Assembly: GCA_014360825.1 (NCBI GenBank)
Contig: JACIWT010000006.1
Coordinates: forward strand, 47,165 to 111,164
Length of the DNA stretch: 64,000 bases
Direction of reading: 5' to 3'
From: Chloroflexota bacterium
GTDB taxonomy: Bacteria; Chloroflexota; Anaerolineae; UBA2200; JACIWT01
Under the pieces are notes generated by a model. The model was given only the letters and a program-made list of their open reading frames with translations. It did no database searches and had not been told where the DNA came from. Of the stretch, positions 22,686 to 30,815 are shown in pieces. The position numbers were made by a program, and so were the translations under genes. Numbering within the stretch: the stretch's first letter is position 1; each line of letters opens with the position of its first letter.

Positions 22686-22897
22686 TCATCCTCACCTGAT
22701 GTGTGTTGTCCCAAATTTTGCGAAAATGTCTAAATGAGATGCAAGACCCTAGTTTGACATATGCGCAGGAAGTTGCTTACGGACGCATAGATCAATTTGC
22801 AATACCATATCGAAAGATTTTACTACACCATCCCACTGATGGAAAATTTTACTGGACATCCAATCCCTCTAGATCCAATTATATTTGAACATTTGTT

Positions 22898-23353
22898 CTA
22901 ACGCAAATTCGAGTGTTCTGCAGCAAAAGATCGAAGGACCCGGCTCAATGCTGCAATGCTCAACAGCGCTTGTTTCCCCCGAGGGGTGATATGATACAAG
23001 CGGCCCCTCTGACCAATGAACTGCGCCAATGAAAGTTCTTTGAGGTGATGGTAAAGTTGGCCCCCGGCCAATTTTGTCTGGACCATTAATGCGGCGGTAG
23101 TCTTTTCACCACTTAATAGTGCTTTCAGCACCCGAACGCGTGCCGCATTCGACAGCGCCATAGCCACCCGTCCTATCTCTTCCTCCTCTTCACCCAGCAA
23201 TTCCTCCATTGTACTGATCTGCCCAACAAGGCCTGCCGGGTCCTTGAGCAGATGGAGGAAGAATGACTGCTCCTCGCCCGCCATTAACGCCTCTATGGAT
23301 GCGACAATGCGTGCCGGGCTTTGCTTCGCTTCCCCAGCGACACTGGGCTTCAC
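22898..23353 (-). CDS. ArsR-like winged-helix transcriptional regulator (putative)
   Basis: The C-terminal half, AARVRVLKALLSGEKTTAALMVQTKLAGGQLYHHLKELSLAQFI, fits an ArsR/SmtB-type HTH. The GTG start at 23353 has GGAG 8 nt upstream. See the findings for the open in-frame upstream stretch. Confidence 0.55.
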   Translation of the reverse strand: MKPSVAGEAKQSPARIVASIEALMAGEEQSFFLHLLKDPAGLVGQISTMEELLGEEEEEIGRVAMALSNAARVRVLKALLSGEKTTAALMVQTKLAGGQLYHHLKELSLAQFIGQRGRLYHITPRGKQALLSIAALSRVLRSFAAEHSNLR

Positions 23354-23541
23354 GGCAGCACTCCGAGTTTCGCGTCGCAGTAGCTCAACCTCACGCCGCA
23401 GAGACTCGTATTGCTGGGTTAGTTGTTCAATTCGTTCCGCTATGTCTTGTGTGCTCGTATCTCAAATTCCTTCCTCTGAATAGTTACAGAGTTACATTCT
23501 ATTGTAAAATTGTACTACATATTCCCCAGATCGTCAAAATC

Positions 23542-23570
23542 TTGACGGCGACCGTAACCAGATGTACAAT
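23542..23570 (+). promoter_or_regulatory. Putative sigma-70-type promoter (TTGACG-17 nt-TACAAT) with a palindrome overlapping the -35 box
   Basis: TTGACG at 23542-23547 and TACAAT at 23565-23570. The palindrome CGTCAA-aatc-TTGACG spans 23532-23547. The site lies in the divergent intergenic region between the ArsR-like gene and the DUF62 gene. Confidence 0.55.
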
Positions 23571-23583
23571 TTATTTATAGAGA

Positions 23584-24387
23584 GTGTGCAGAGTGTCGAA
23601 AGTCATTAGTCTACTCACCGATTTTGGCCTGAACGACGGTTACGTTGGCATTATGCACGGCGTCATCCTGAGCATCTGTCCCGACGCCCGGATTGTGGAT
23701 ATCTCCCACGGGATCCCACCGCAGGATGTGCGTCGCGCGGCCTACGTGTTGCACATCTCGTACCCTTACTTTCCAGAGGGGACGGTACACGTGGTCGTAG
23801 TGGATCCTGGTGTTGGCAGTAAGCGCCGAGCCATTGCCATCCGCACATCCGTCGGCTATTTCGTTGCTCCAGACAATGGGGTCTTGAGTTACGTTTTGGC
23901 CCGCGAGCGGATGTTAGAGGCTGTGGAACTCACAAATTCTCGCTACTGGCTGCCACGAGTGAGCGCAACTTTCCACGGCCGTGACGTTTTCTCACCAGTG
24001 GGGGCGCATTTATTGTGCGGCGTGCCCATGCGTGAGTTGGGTCGTCCGATCTCAGACTTGGTAACCTTCCCCATGCCGGCAGCCAAACGACAATCAGACG
24101 GCCGCCTTATAGGACATGTCTTGCATATTGACCGCTTTGGCAATATCATCACCGACATCCGCCAGGATGAGTTACCTCGCGATGGCAACGTGGCTGTGAG
24201 GATACGTGATCGCCGTATATCCGGCGTGCGAACGACCTACGCTACCGTGCCGGAAGGCGACTTGGTAGCCCTCATTGGCAGCGATGGGATGCTCGAAATT
24301 GCTGTGCGTAACGGCAATGCAGCCCAAGATATGGGCATACAAGTGGGCGAAGAGGTTGTAGTCTCCCCACTACATAATGGAGCATAA
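23584..24387 (+). CDS. SAM hydrolase / SAM-dependent halogenase family protein (DUF62, S-adenosyl-L-methionine hydroxide adenosyltransferase)
   Basis: ISLLTDFGLNDGYVGIMHGVILSI...VDISHGIPPQDV...VVVDPGVG. An alternative start at GTG 23593 (MSKVISLLTDFG) fits typical family N-termini better. Confidence 0.8.
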   Translation: MCRVSKVISLLTDFGLNDGYVGIMHGVILSICPDARIVDISHGIPPQDVRRAAYVLHISYPYFPEGTVHVVVVDPGVGSKRRAIAIRTSVGYFVAPDNGVLSYVLARERMLEAVELTNSRYWLPRVSATFHGRDVFSPVGAHLLCGVPMRELGRPISDLVTFPMPAAKRQSDGRLIGHVLHIDRFGNIITDIRQDELPRDGNVAVRIRDRRISGVRTTYATVPEGDLVALIGSDGMLEIAVRNGNAAQDMGIQVGEEVVVSPLHNGA

Positions 24388-24408
24388 GGGTACAGGGAGG
24401 AGGACAAG

Positions 24409-24924
24409 ATGGCGAATGTAGTAATCGTGGTAGATATGCTGCGGGGCTTCTTGGAGGAAGGATATCCGCTTTACTGCGGGGCCGAGGCGCGGGCAATTAT
24501 CCCGTGTGTAGTGGATTTGCTGCAGCGAGAGCAAGCGGCAGGCTCGACGATCCTTTATCTGGTTGATACGCACGACCCCGACGATAAAGAGTTTCAGATG
24601 TTTCCCCGCCACTGTGTGCGGGGTACTAAAGAAACGGAGATCATTCCTGAGTTGGTGCCTTTCCCTGGTGCTATCATTGCCAAACGTCGCTACAGCGGTT
24701 TCTTCGATACAGACTTGGAGGCGCGGCTTAAAGCACTGCGTCCGGATAAGATCATCGTGGTGGGTGTATGCACTGACATTTGTGTTATGCACACCGTCGC
24801 AGATGCTCGAAACCGCGATTACCCAGTGGAGGTCCCTGCAAACTGCGTCGCTAGTTTTGACAAAGAGGCCCATGCCTTTGCCCTGAAACACATGAGGGAC
24901 ATTTTAGGTGCCAAGATCGTGTAA
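24409..24924 (+). CDS. pncA: Isochorismatase-family cysteine hydrolase, probable nicotinamidase
   Basis: VVIVVDMLRGF (Asp)...FPRHCVRGT...KRRYSGF (Lys)...VVGVCTDICV (Cys). It sits directly upstream of a nicotinate phosphoribosyltransferase gene. Confidence 0.65.
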   Translation: MANVVIVVDMLRGFLEEGYPLYCGAEARAIIPCVVDLLQREQAAGSTILYLVDTHDPDDKEFQMFPRHCVRGTKETEIIPELVPFPGAIIAKRRYSGFFDTDLEARLKALRPDKIIVVGVCTDICVMHTVADARNRDYPVEVPANCVASFDKEAHAFALKHMRDILGAKIV

Positions 24925-24937
24925 GGGAGACTTAAGA

Positions 24938-25939
24938 ATGGCAACGCAACATTTGCTTAACCTCGTTCTCTCAGGTGAAACGGCTGATGTGTACTTCCGC
25001 CGAACCCAGGAAATCTTGCGGGCCGAAGGGCTCGACCCTGTTGTGACGATGGAAATATTCCCCAGTAGATCGGGCATCCTGTGTGGCATGAAGGAGGTGC
25101 TTGCAATCTTGGCCGAGGTATTGCCACCAACCGGGGAGGTTTGGGCACTATCAGAAGGCGAGGCGATGTCTGCCAAGGAGATTGTCTTGCGTATCACAGC
25201 ACCCTACTCCTCCTTTGGTCTTTATGAGACCGCGATTCTCGGCATCTTGGCGCACGAAAGTGGTTGGGCCACAGCGGCCCGGGCTTGTGTAGAAGCAGCA
25301 GAGGGGATTCCTATTATCGGCTTCGGGGCGCGGCATGTGCACCCTAACGTTGCGGCGCAGATGGAATACGCAGCAATGGTAGGGGGCTTTGCGGGTTGTG
25401 CTACACCTGCGGGTGCTGAACTATTCGGCGTCGAGCCCAGTGGCACCATCCCGCACGCTATGATCCTCATCTTTGGCGACACGGTGCGCGCTGTCGAGGC
25501 CTTCGATCGCCACATGCCCCCCAAGGTACGACGCATCGCTCTCGTGGATACCTTTCACGATGAAGTTGAGGAGAGCCTGCGGGTAGCGGAGGCACTTGGA
25601 GAACAGTTATGGGGTGTCCGATTGGACACCCCAGCCGAAAGAGGGCGAGTCACACCCGACTTGGTGAAGGAGGTGCGGGCACGATTAGACCAAGCGGGTT
25701 ATAGTCACGTCAAAATCGTGGTCAGCGGGGGCATAGATCCAGAGCGCATTCGCCTATTTAAACAGGAGGGCGCGCCTGTGGACGTCTTTGGGATAGGCAG
25801 TGCAGTGAGTAGTGCCTCGCCCATTGACTTCACCGGCGACTTGAAAGTAGTAGGCGGCAAACCTTTAGCCAAGCGCGGACGCATCCCAGGTATTACGCCC
25901 AACCCGAGATTGAGGAAGATTGATTTGCGGGGGAATTAG
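24938..25939 (+). CDS. Nicotinate phosphoribosyltransferase (short, archaeal-like type)
   Basis: ADVYFRRTQEIL...FGARHVHP...GTIPHAMILIFGD...VDTFHDE...VRLDTP...IVVSGGID. I place the start at ATG 24938 (GGGAGA upstream); the track ORF starts at 24908. Confidence 0.78.
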   Translation: MATQHLLNLVLSGETADVYFRRTQEILRAEGLDPVVTMEIFPSRSGILCGMKEVLAILAEVLPPTGEVWALSEGEAMSAKEIVLRITAPYSSFGLYETAILGILAHESGWATAARACVEAAEGIPIIGFGARHVHPNVAAQMEYAAMVGGFAGCATPAGAELFGVEPSGTIPHAMILIFGDTVRAVEAFDRHMPPKVRRIALVDTFHDEVEESLRVAEALGEQLWGVRLDTPAERGRVTPDLVKEVRARLDQAGYSHVKIVVSGGIDPERIRLFKQEGAPVDVFGIGSAVSSASPIDFTGDLKVVGGKPLAKRGRIPGITPNPRLRKIDLRGN

Positions 25940-25974
25940 TGCTTGTCAAACTAAAGGCTGGATGACAATACGTC

Positions 25975-26400
25975 TTATTCTTCGTCACCGCCTTCATCGA
26001 TCGTATCTTCTTCTGGCTCGAATTCTTCTTCCTCCTCTTCTTCGGTAACTGGTTCCTCGAGCAGCAGCGCAGCAGCCCTCTCTGCTTCCGAAAGTACGGC
26101 CTGGACATCGAAGTCTAATTTGTCGCCCAGTAGCTCTGCCAATTGTTGCAGATTGCGCAAGGCGATGGCATTGGCGGGATCGCGTTGCAGGCTCTCGCGA
26201 TAGGCGGCAGCGGCCTCCTGGCGTTTGCCCAGTTGGTTGTAGGCGTGTCCCAATCGGTTATAAGCCTGGACGTCGTCAGGAAAGGCTTCCAAGATTCGCT
26301 TGTTCAGTTCGATAGCCTCTTTCCATGCTCCTTCAAAGGCCAGACGAACCGCTTGGCGGGCCCATTGTTCGTGCGTATCACGAGTAGGTGATAACTCCAT
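25975..26400 (-). CDS. Tetratricopeptide-repeat protein with an acidic C-terminal tail
   Basis: TPR-like helices (AYNRLGHAYNQLGKRQEAAAAYRESLQRDPANAIALRNL) followed by EEEEEEEFEPEEDTIDEGGDEE. Confidence 0.62.
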   Translation of the reverse strand: MELSPTRDTHEQWARQAVRLAFEGAWKEAIELNKRILEAFPDDVQAYNRLGHAYNQLGKRQEAAAAYRESLQRDPANAIALRNLQQLAELLGDKLDFDVQAVLSEAERAAALLLEEPVTEEEEEEEFEPEEDTIDEGGDEE

Positions 26401-26545
26401 GAAGCAGAACTCCTTTCTTGTACAATTAAACTGCTATGAGCGGTGTTCGATTTTAATGAGTTACATGTTTTTTGCAAAGTCGCCTTTCGGCGGTAAGCGT
26501 TTGCATCTCTTCTAGGAAAGGGATGTGAGCCAGAGAAAAGAACAT

Positions 26546-26574
26546 TTGGACAAATACAAGATACCGAGTATAAT
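26546..26574 (+). promoter_or_regulatory. Near-consensus sigma-70-type promoter (TTGGAC-17 nt-TATAAT)
   Basis: TTGGAC at 26546-26551 and TATAAT at 26569-26574, about 88 nt upstream of the ABC ATPase ATG (26663). That ATG is preceded by AAGGAGG. Confidence 0.6.
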
Positions 26575-26662
26575 AAATTAAAATCAAACCTATTTACTGG
26601 GTATATGTCTTTACCAACACATTTGCACTGCTGGCTTTTCTCGCGATATTAAGGAGGGCAAG

Positions 26663-27763
26663 ATGGCGAGTGTGGTGTACGACCATGTCACGAAGCGATT
26701 TGGCGACGTCGTGGCTGTGAACGACTTGAGTCTGGAGGTGCAAGATAAAGAGTTCTTGGTTCTAGTAGGCCCTTCGGGTTGTGGCAAGACCACTGCGTTG
26801 CGCTTGTTGGCCGGCTTAGAAGAGGTAACCGAGGGGATCATCAAAATCGGCGATCGCGTGGTGAACGACATTGCTCCCAAAGACCGCGATATCGCCATGG
26901 TGTTCCAGAGTTATGCGCTCTATCCACACATGAGTGTGTATGACAATATGGCCTTTGGCCTCAAACTCCGCAAAATGCCCAAGACGGAGATTGACAAGCG
27001 GGTCAAAGAGGCAGCAAATATTCTGGGCATCGAGCATTTACTGGACCGTAAACCCAAGCAGCTCTCTGGCGGCCAACGCCAGCGCGTCGCGCTGGGACGG
27101 GCCATCGTGCGCGAGCCTCAAGTATTCTTAATGGATGAGCCTCTCTCCAACCTTGATGCCAAACTGCGTGTGCAGACCCGTGCGGAAATCTCCAAATTAC
27201 ATCAACGCTTGGCGACGACGTTCATTTATGTAACCCACGATCAGACGGAAGCCATGACGATGGGCACTCGCATCGCAGTCATGAAAGAGGGTGTTTTGCA
27301 GCAGTTGGATACGCCCCAAAATCTCTACGACAAACCCGGCAATATTTTCGTCGCTGGCTTCATTGGAAGTCCCGCCATGAATTTCTTCAATGCTAAATTG
27401 GAGGCCTCAGACGAGGAAGTGTTCATCGATGCGGGCAGTTTCAGGGTCAAAGTGCCATCGGATCGGGTCCCTCCACTGAAAGATTACCTGGGTCAAGAGA
27501 TAATCTTCGGTATCCGACCAGAGAACATTCATGACCGGGAATTCGCCCCGCCCGGCATCACGGCCCAGTATGTCGAAGCCCTGGTCGAAGTGACGGAGTT
27601 GATGGGTAACGAAGTGTACGTCTATCTGGTCAGCAATGGCAATTCATTCATTGCCCGCGTAAATCCACGCACTTCGGCGCGCCCTGGGAAGAGATTAGGG
27701 GTGGCTTTCGATATGGGGGCCATTCACCTCTTCGACCGGAAGACGGAAAAGGCTATTCGCTGA
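26663..27763 (+). CDS. Carbohydrate-type ABC transporter ATP-binding protein (MalK/UgpC/MsmK family), with no adjacent permease genes
   Basis: Walker [10 protein letters not shown], signature [14 protein letters not shown], Walker [13 protein letters not shown], and a C-terminal MalK-like regulatory (TOBE) domain. Confidence 0.9.
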   Translation: MASVVYDHVTKRFGDVVAVNDLSLEVQDKEFLVLVGPSGCGKTTALRLLAGLEEVTEGIIKIGDRVVNDIAPKDRDIAMVFQSYALYPHMSVYDNMAFGLKLRKMPKTEIDKRVKEAANILGIEHLLDRKPKQLSGGQRQRVALGRAIVREPQVFLMDEPLSNLDAKLRVQTRAEISKLHQRLATTFIYVTHDQTEAMTMGTRIAVMKEGVLQQLDTPQNLYDKPGNIFVAGFIGSPAMNFFNAKLEASDEEVFIDAGSFRVKVPSDRVPPLKDYLGQEIIFGIRPENIHDREFAPPGITAQYVEALVEVTELMGNEVYVYLVSNGNSFIARVNPRTSARPGKRLGVAFDMGAIHLFDRKTEKAIR

Positions 27764-27786
27764 GCCACTGGGTTAGTCTTACCAAA

Positions 27787-27816
27787 GGGGAATCCATAGA
27801 CGGATCCCCCTTTTTC
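27787..27816 (+). terminator. Rho-independent terminator after the ABC ATPase gene
   Basis: A GGGGAATCC / GGATCCCC stem (one bulge) with a 6-nt loop, followed by CTTTTTCTTT. Confidence 0.65.
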
Positions 27817-27831
27817 TTTCTGGCCCCAACC

Positions 27832-29193
27832 TCAGGGCCGACTCTTCTTCCACTCGCCACGTCGGAAGAGAAAATAGATGAATGCAGCCCGGCAGGTCCA
27901 GTCTACGGCAGTGCCTAGCCATACACCATTGAGTCCCCAGCCAAAGATGTTGGCGAACAAATAGACTATAGGCACGCGGGCGATAAACGTCCCGGCAAAC
28001 GTAGCATACATCGGCGATTTCATATCACCTGCGCCACGCAGGCTGCCACTTAGAACCATCAAAGCGCCGAGGGGTAACTGTTCCAACGCCCCAATTTGCA
28101 CGGCGCGTCCCGCCAATTCCAATACCTCTGGCGTAGCCCCAAAAAACGCTGCCATCTGTGGGCCAAAGAGGGCGAAACTCACAGCCAGGAGGCCCATCAC
28201 TGCCAGCGCAAAACGCAGGCCGCGCCAGGTTGTTTCTTCAGCCAAATCCCCCTTTCCCGCACCCAGGGACTGCCCCACCAGGGTCGTGCTGGCGGCGCTG
28301 AAACCAAAGCCGGGCATGAAAGACAGGGATTCCACTGCTACCGCCACTTGATGCGCCGCCAGAGTGACCTCTCCTAATCCGGAGACAATGCGCATGAAGA
28401 GTACGGAACCCAGGCGCATGACAACTGTCTCGGCAGCATTGGGCACGCTCAGGCCAATGAGATCGCGGATCACTCCGCGCTTAATAATCAGTAGGTCGCG
28501 AAACCCCACCTTCACAAATCGCCGCCCTGTGAAGATCAGAGCCAGGGTGAGCACCCCGCCAAGCAATCGAGCCAGGGCTGTTCCTATGCCCGCACCCGCA
28601 ATACCCATTGGTGGAATCGGGCCTAGCCCGAAAATAAGCACCGCGGCAACGACGACATTCAACACGTTCATAAGGCCAGTAATTACCATAGGTGTGCGCG
28701 TATCGCCTGAACCGCGCATGACGCCATTCAACACGATCATTGGGAAGAGGAAAAATGACGTGGACAAAACCAGCCGCATATATAAAGCACCTAATTCCAC
28801 CACCCGTTCGGTCGCGCCCATGAGACACAGCAACTGCTCTGCCAGAGGCCAGAGTATAGCAACGGTCAACAGAGCAGCCAAGAACGAAAACCATACAGAG
28901 TGGGCAGCCACTTCCCTCGCGCGCTCATATTCTCTTGCCCCCCAGTAGTGGGCGACCAGTGACGTGGCACTAATTGCAATCGCCGTAAAAAGACTCTGCG
29001 CGATTTGCAGGAAGAGACCTGCCAGGCTCACTGCAGCCAGAGCTGCCGGGTCTTTCATCCACCCAACTAAGAAAGTGTTAGAGAAAAAGACCATCATGGT
29101 CAGGAGGTTCTCACCGACGGCGGGCAAAGCCAGCGCGATGTAGTTACGGGTGATGTTTTCACGGGTGAGGATAAGATCGGTGGTCGGCGTCAT
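27832..29193 (-). CDS. MATE-family efflux transporter
   Basis: 12-TM profile with an N-terminus ...NYIALALPAVGENLL typical of MATE proteins. I place the start at ATG 29193 (MTPTTDL...). The longer track ORF (to 29328) would overlap the V-ATPase promoter. Confidence 0.85.
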   Translation of the reverse strand: MTPTTDLILTRENITRNYIALALPAVGENLLTMMVFFSNTFLVGWMKDPAALAAVSLAGLFLQIAQSLFTAIAISATSLVAHYWGAREYERAREVAAHSVWFSFLAALLTVAILWPLAEQLLCLMGATERVVELGALYMRLVLSTSFFLFPMIVLNGVMRGSGDTRTPMVITGLMNVLNVVVAAVLIFGLGPIPPMGIAGAGIGTALARLLGGVLTLALIFTGRRFVKVGFRDLLIIKRGVIRDLIGLSVPNAAETVVMRLGSVLFMRIVSGLGEVTLAAHQVAVAVESLSFMPGFGFSAASTTLVGQSLGAGKGDLAEETTWRGLRFALAVMGLLAVSFALFGPQMAAFFGATPEVLELAGRAVQIGALEQLPLGALMVLSGSLRGAGDMKSPMYATFAGTFIARVPIVYLFANIFGWGLNGVWLGTAVDWTCRAAFIYFLFRRGEWKKSRP

Positions 29194-29268
29194 GGAAACG
29201 GTCACAGATTCACACGCTCCGAATGCAGCATGCAGAACGAGCCCTATAATAGCACTGGCAGCCTTCAC

Positions 29269-29297
29269 TTGCAAAAACGCCGAGCAGGGCATATAAT
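29269..29297 (+). promoter_or_regulatory. Near-consensus sigma-70-type promoter (TTGCAA-17 nt-TATAAT) for the V/A-ATPase operon
   Basis: TTGCAA at 29269-29274 and TATAAT at 29292-29297, about 100 nt upstream of the first ATPase gene. Confidence 0.55.
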
Positions 29298-29400
29298 AGC
29301 GTGCGCGGACGAGGGCATAGAGATTCATTATCTATGGCAACGAAGCACATATAGCCCGCCATACACAGGCGATGTGGCCACGTGACTCTAGGAGGGGTGT

Positions 29401-29721
29401 TTGGACACAAAAGTTATCCAGCAAATCTTCGACATCGAAAAACAGGCGGCGGCCATCCGCGACCAAGCGGAGCAAAGCGCAATGCGCTTGATAGAAAACG
29501 CGCAGCAGGAGGCCAAGACCATAGTAGAGATGGAGAGAGCCAAAGCCATTCAAGAGGCGGAAGGACTGCTTGCGAAAGCGCGGGTACAGGCTGAATCCGA
29601 ACGACGAGATATCTTGCAACAAGCAGAACGGGAAATCGAGCAGATGGAAGCCTTGGCAAAAAAGAACTTCGACCGCGCAGTCCACTTCGTGCTGGAGCAA
29701 ATAGCGGTGGGAGGCAAATAA
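29401..29721 (+). CDS. V/A-type ATPase small coiled-coil stalk subunit (G/H-like)
   Basis: A 106-aa, almost entirely helical, charged protein (IEKQAAAIRDQAEQSAMRLIENAQQEAK...). It is the first gene of the ATPase operon. Confidence 0.55.
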   Translation: MDTKVIQQIFDIEKQAAAIRDQAEQSAMRLIENAQQEAKTIVEMERAKAIQEAEGLLAKARVQAESERRDILQQAEREIEQMEALAKKNFDRAVHFVLEQIAVGGK

Positions 29722-29725
29722 TCGC

Positions 29726-30793
29726 GTGGCTAACGTCACCGCTGTCCAGGAGTATGCCGTCCTACACGCCATAGTGCGAGCCCGCTACTCAACTATGTTG
29801 ACCGCGGCAACCTGGGAAACTCTTTGTCATGCTCGTGACTGCAATGCCCTGCTAAGTATGTTAGCAGAAACAGTTTACGCCCCATACCTTCAGATCGACC
29901 GCGAAGAACTCACCCCTCGCCGGGCTGTCTATCAAATCAAGAAGCACTTAGCCGATACATACAATACAATCATTCAATCTACGCCAGAATCCCGGCAACA
30001 CTTGGTCCTTCAGCTGTGGCGGCTTTACGAAATAGATAACTTGAAGGCCATATTGCGTGGGATAGCAACCGGCGCCACCTGGGAACAGGTGCGCTACGTC
30101 CTCTTCCCCTTGAGTTATTTCACTGTACTGCGCCCGGAAGAATTGTTGAGGACAGGCAATGTGAATGCCGCCGTGGAATTGCTCCGCGGAACACCTTATT
30201 ATGAGAGTCTTTCCTACGCGCTGGAACGCTATACAACCGAACGGAGCCTTTTCCCCCTTGAAGTGGCGCTCGATCTGGATTACCTCCGTGCACTCTGGGA
30301 TGATGTGAACCGCCTTTCGGGTGAGGATTACCAACAAGCGATGCGCATTATTGGGACTCAAATAGATGTGACGAACTTGCTATGGGCTATGCGATACCGA
30401 GTCTATCACCATCTGTCAGAGGAAGAGATCATCAATTACACGGTGCCTTTTGGCTACAAAGTGCGTGATGAAGATATCCGAACAATTGCGGCGGGAGGTG
30501 ATATGACTCAGGTGATTACGCGCTGCTATCCTGACCTCCCGGACGTGCGCTCTCTGCTTCGAGAACCACAGAGGGGGTTGCCTGAGTTGGAGATACAGTT
30601 GCAACGATATGTGGCGAAACAGTGCCAAACCACCTTCGTCGGATATCCATTTCATCTGGGTATTCCATTGGCTTACTTGCTCCTGAGCGAATTTGAGATC
30701 CAGGATCTGACCGTTTTAATTGAGGCTAAGGCCGCTGGGATGCCAGCCGAGGTATTCAAACCGCATTTGGTGTTGGGATGGGCTCATAATTAA
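29726..30793 (+). CDS. V/A-type ATPase subunit C (eukaryotic d homologue)
   Basis: 355 aa. Its position in the operon, its size and its all-helical repeat character fit subunit C. GTG start 4 nt after the preceding stop. Confidence 0.72.
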   Translation: MANVTAVQEYAVLHAIVRARYSTMLTAATWETLCHARDCNALLSMLAETVYAPYLQIDREELTPRRAVYQIKKHLADTYNTIIQSTPESRQHLVLQLWRLYEIDNLKAILRGIATGATWEQVRYVLFPLSYFTVLRPEELLRTGNVNAAVELLRGTPYYESLSYALERYTTERSLFPLEVALDLDYLRALWDDVNRLSGEDYQQAMRIIGTQIDVTNLLWAMRYRVYHHLSEEEIINYTVPFGYKVRDEDIRTIAAGGDMTQVITRCYPDLPDVRSLLREPQRGLPELEIQLQRYVAKQCQTTFVGYPFHLGIPLAYLLLSEFEIQDLTVLIEAKAAGMPAEVFKPHLVLGWAHN

Positions 30794-30815
30794 GCCAGGA
30801 ATAGGGTCTTAAATC

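Noticed and set aside
29332-29772. 146-aa minus-strand ORF overlapping the V-ATPase promoter and the first ATPase gene.
   Set aside because: It is antisense to the first gene of a well-supported operon and spans its promoter. It has no motif or RBS support.
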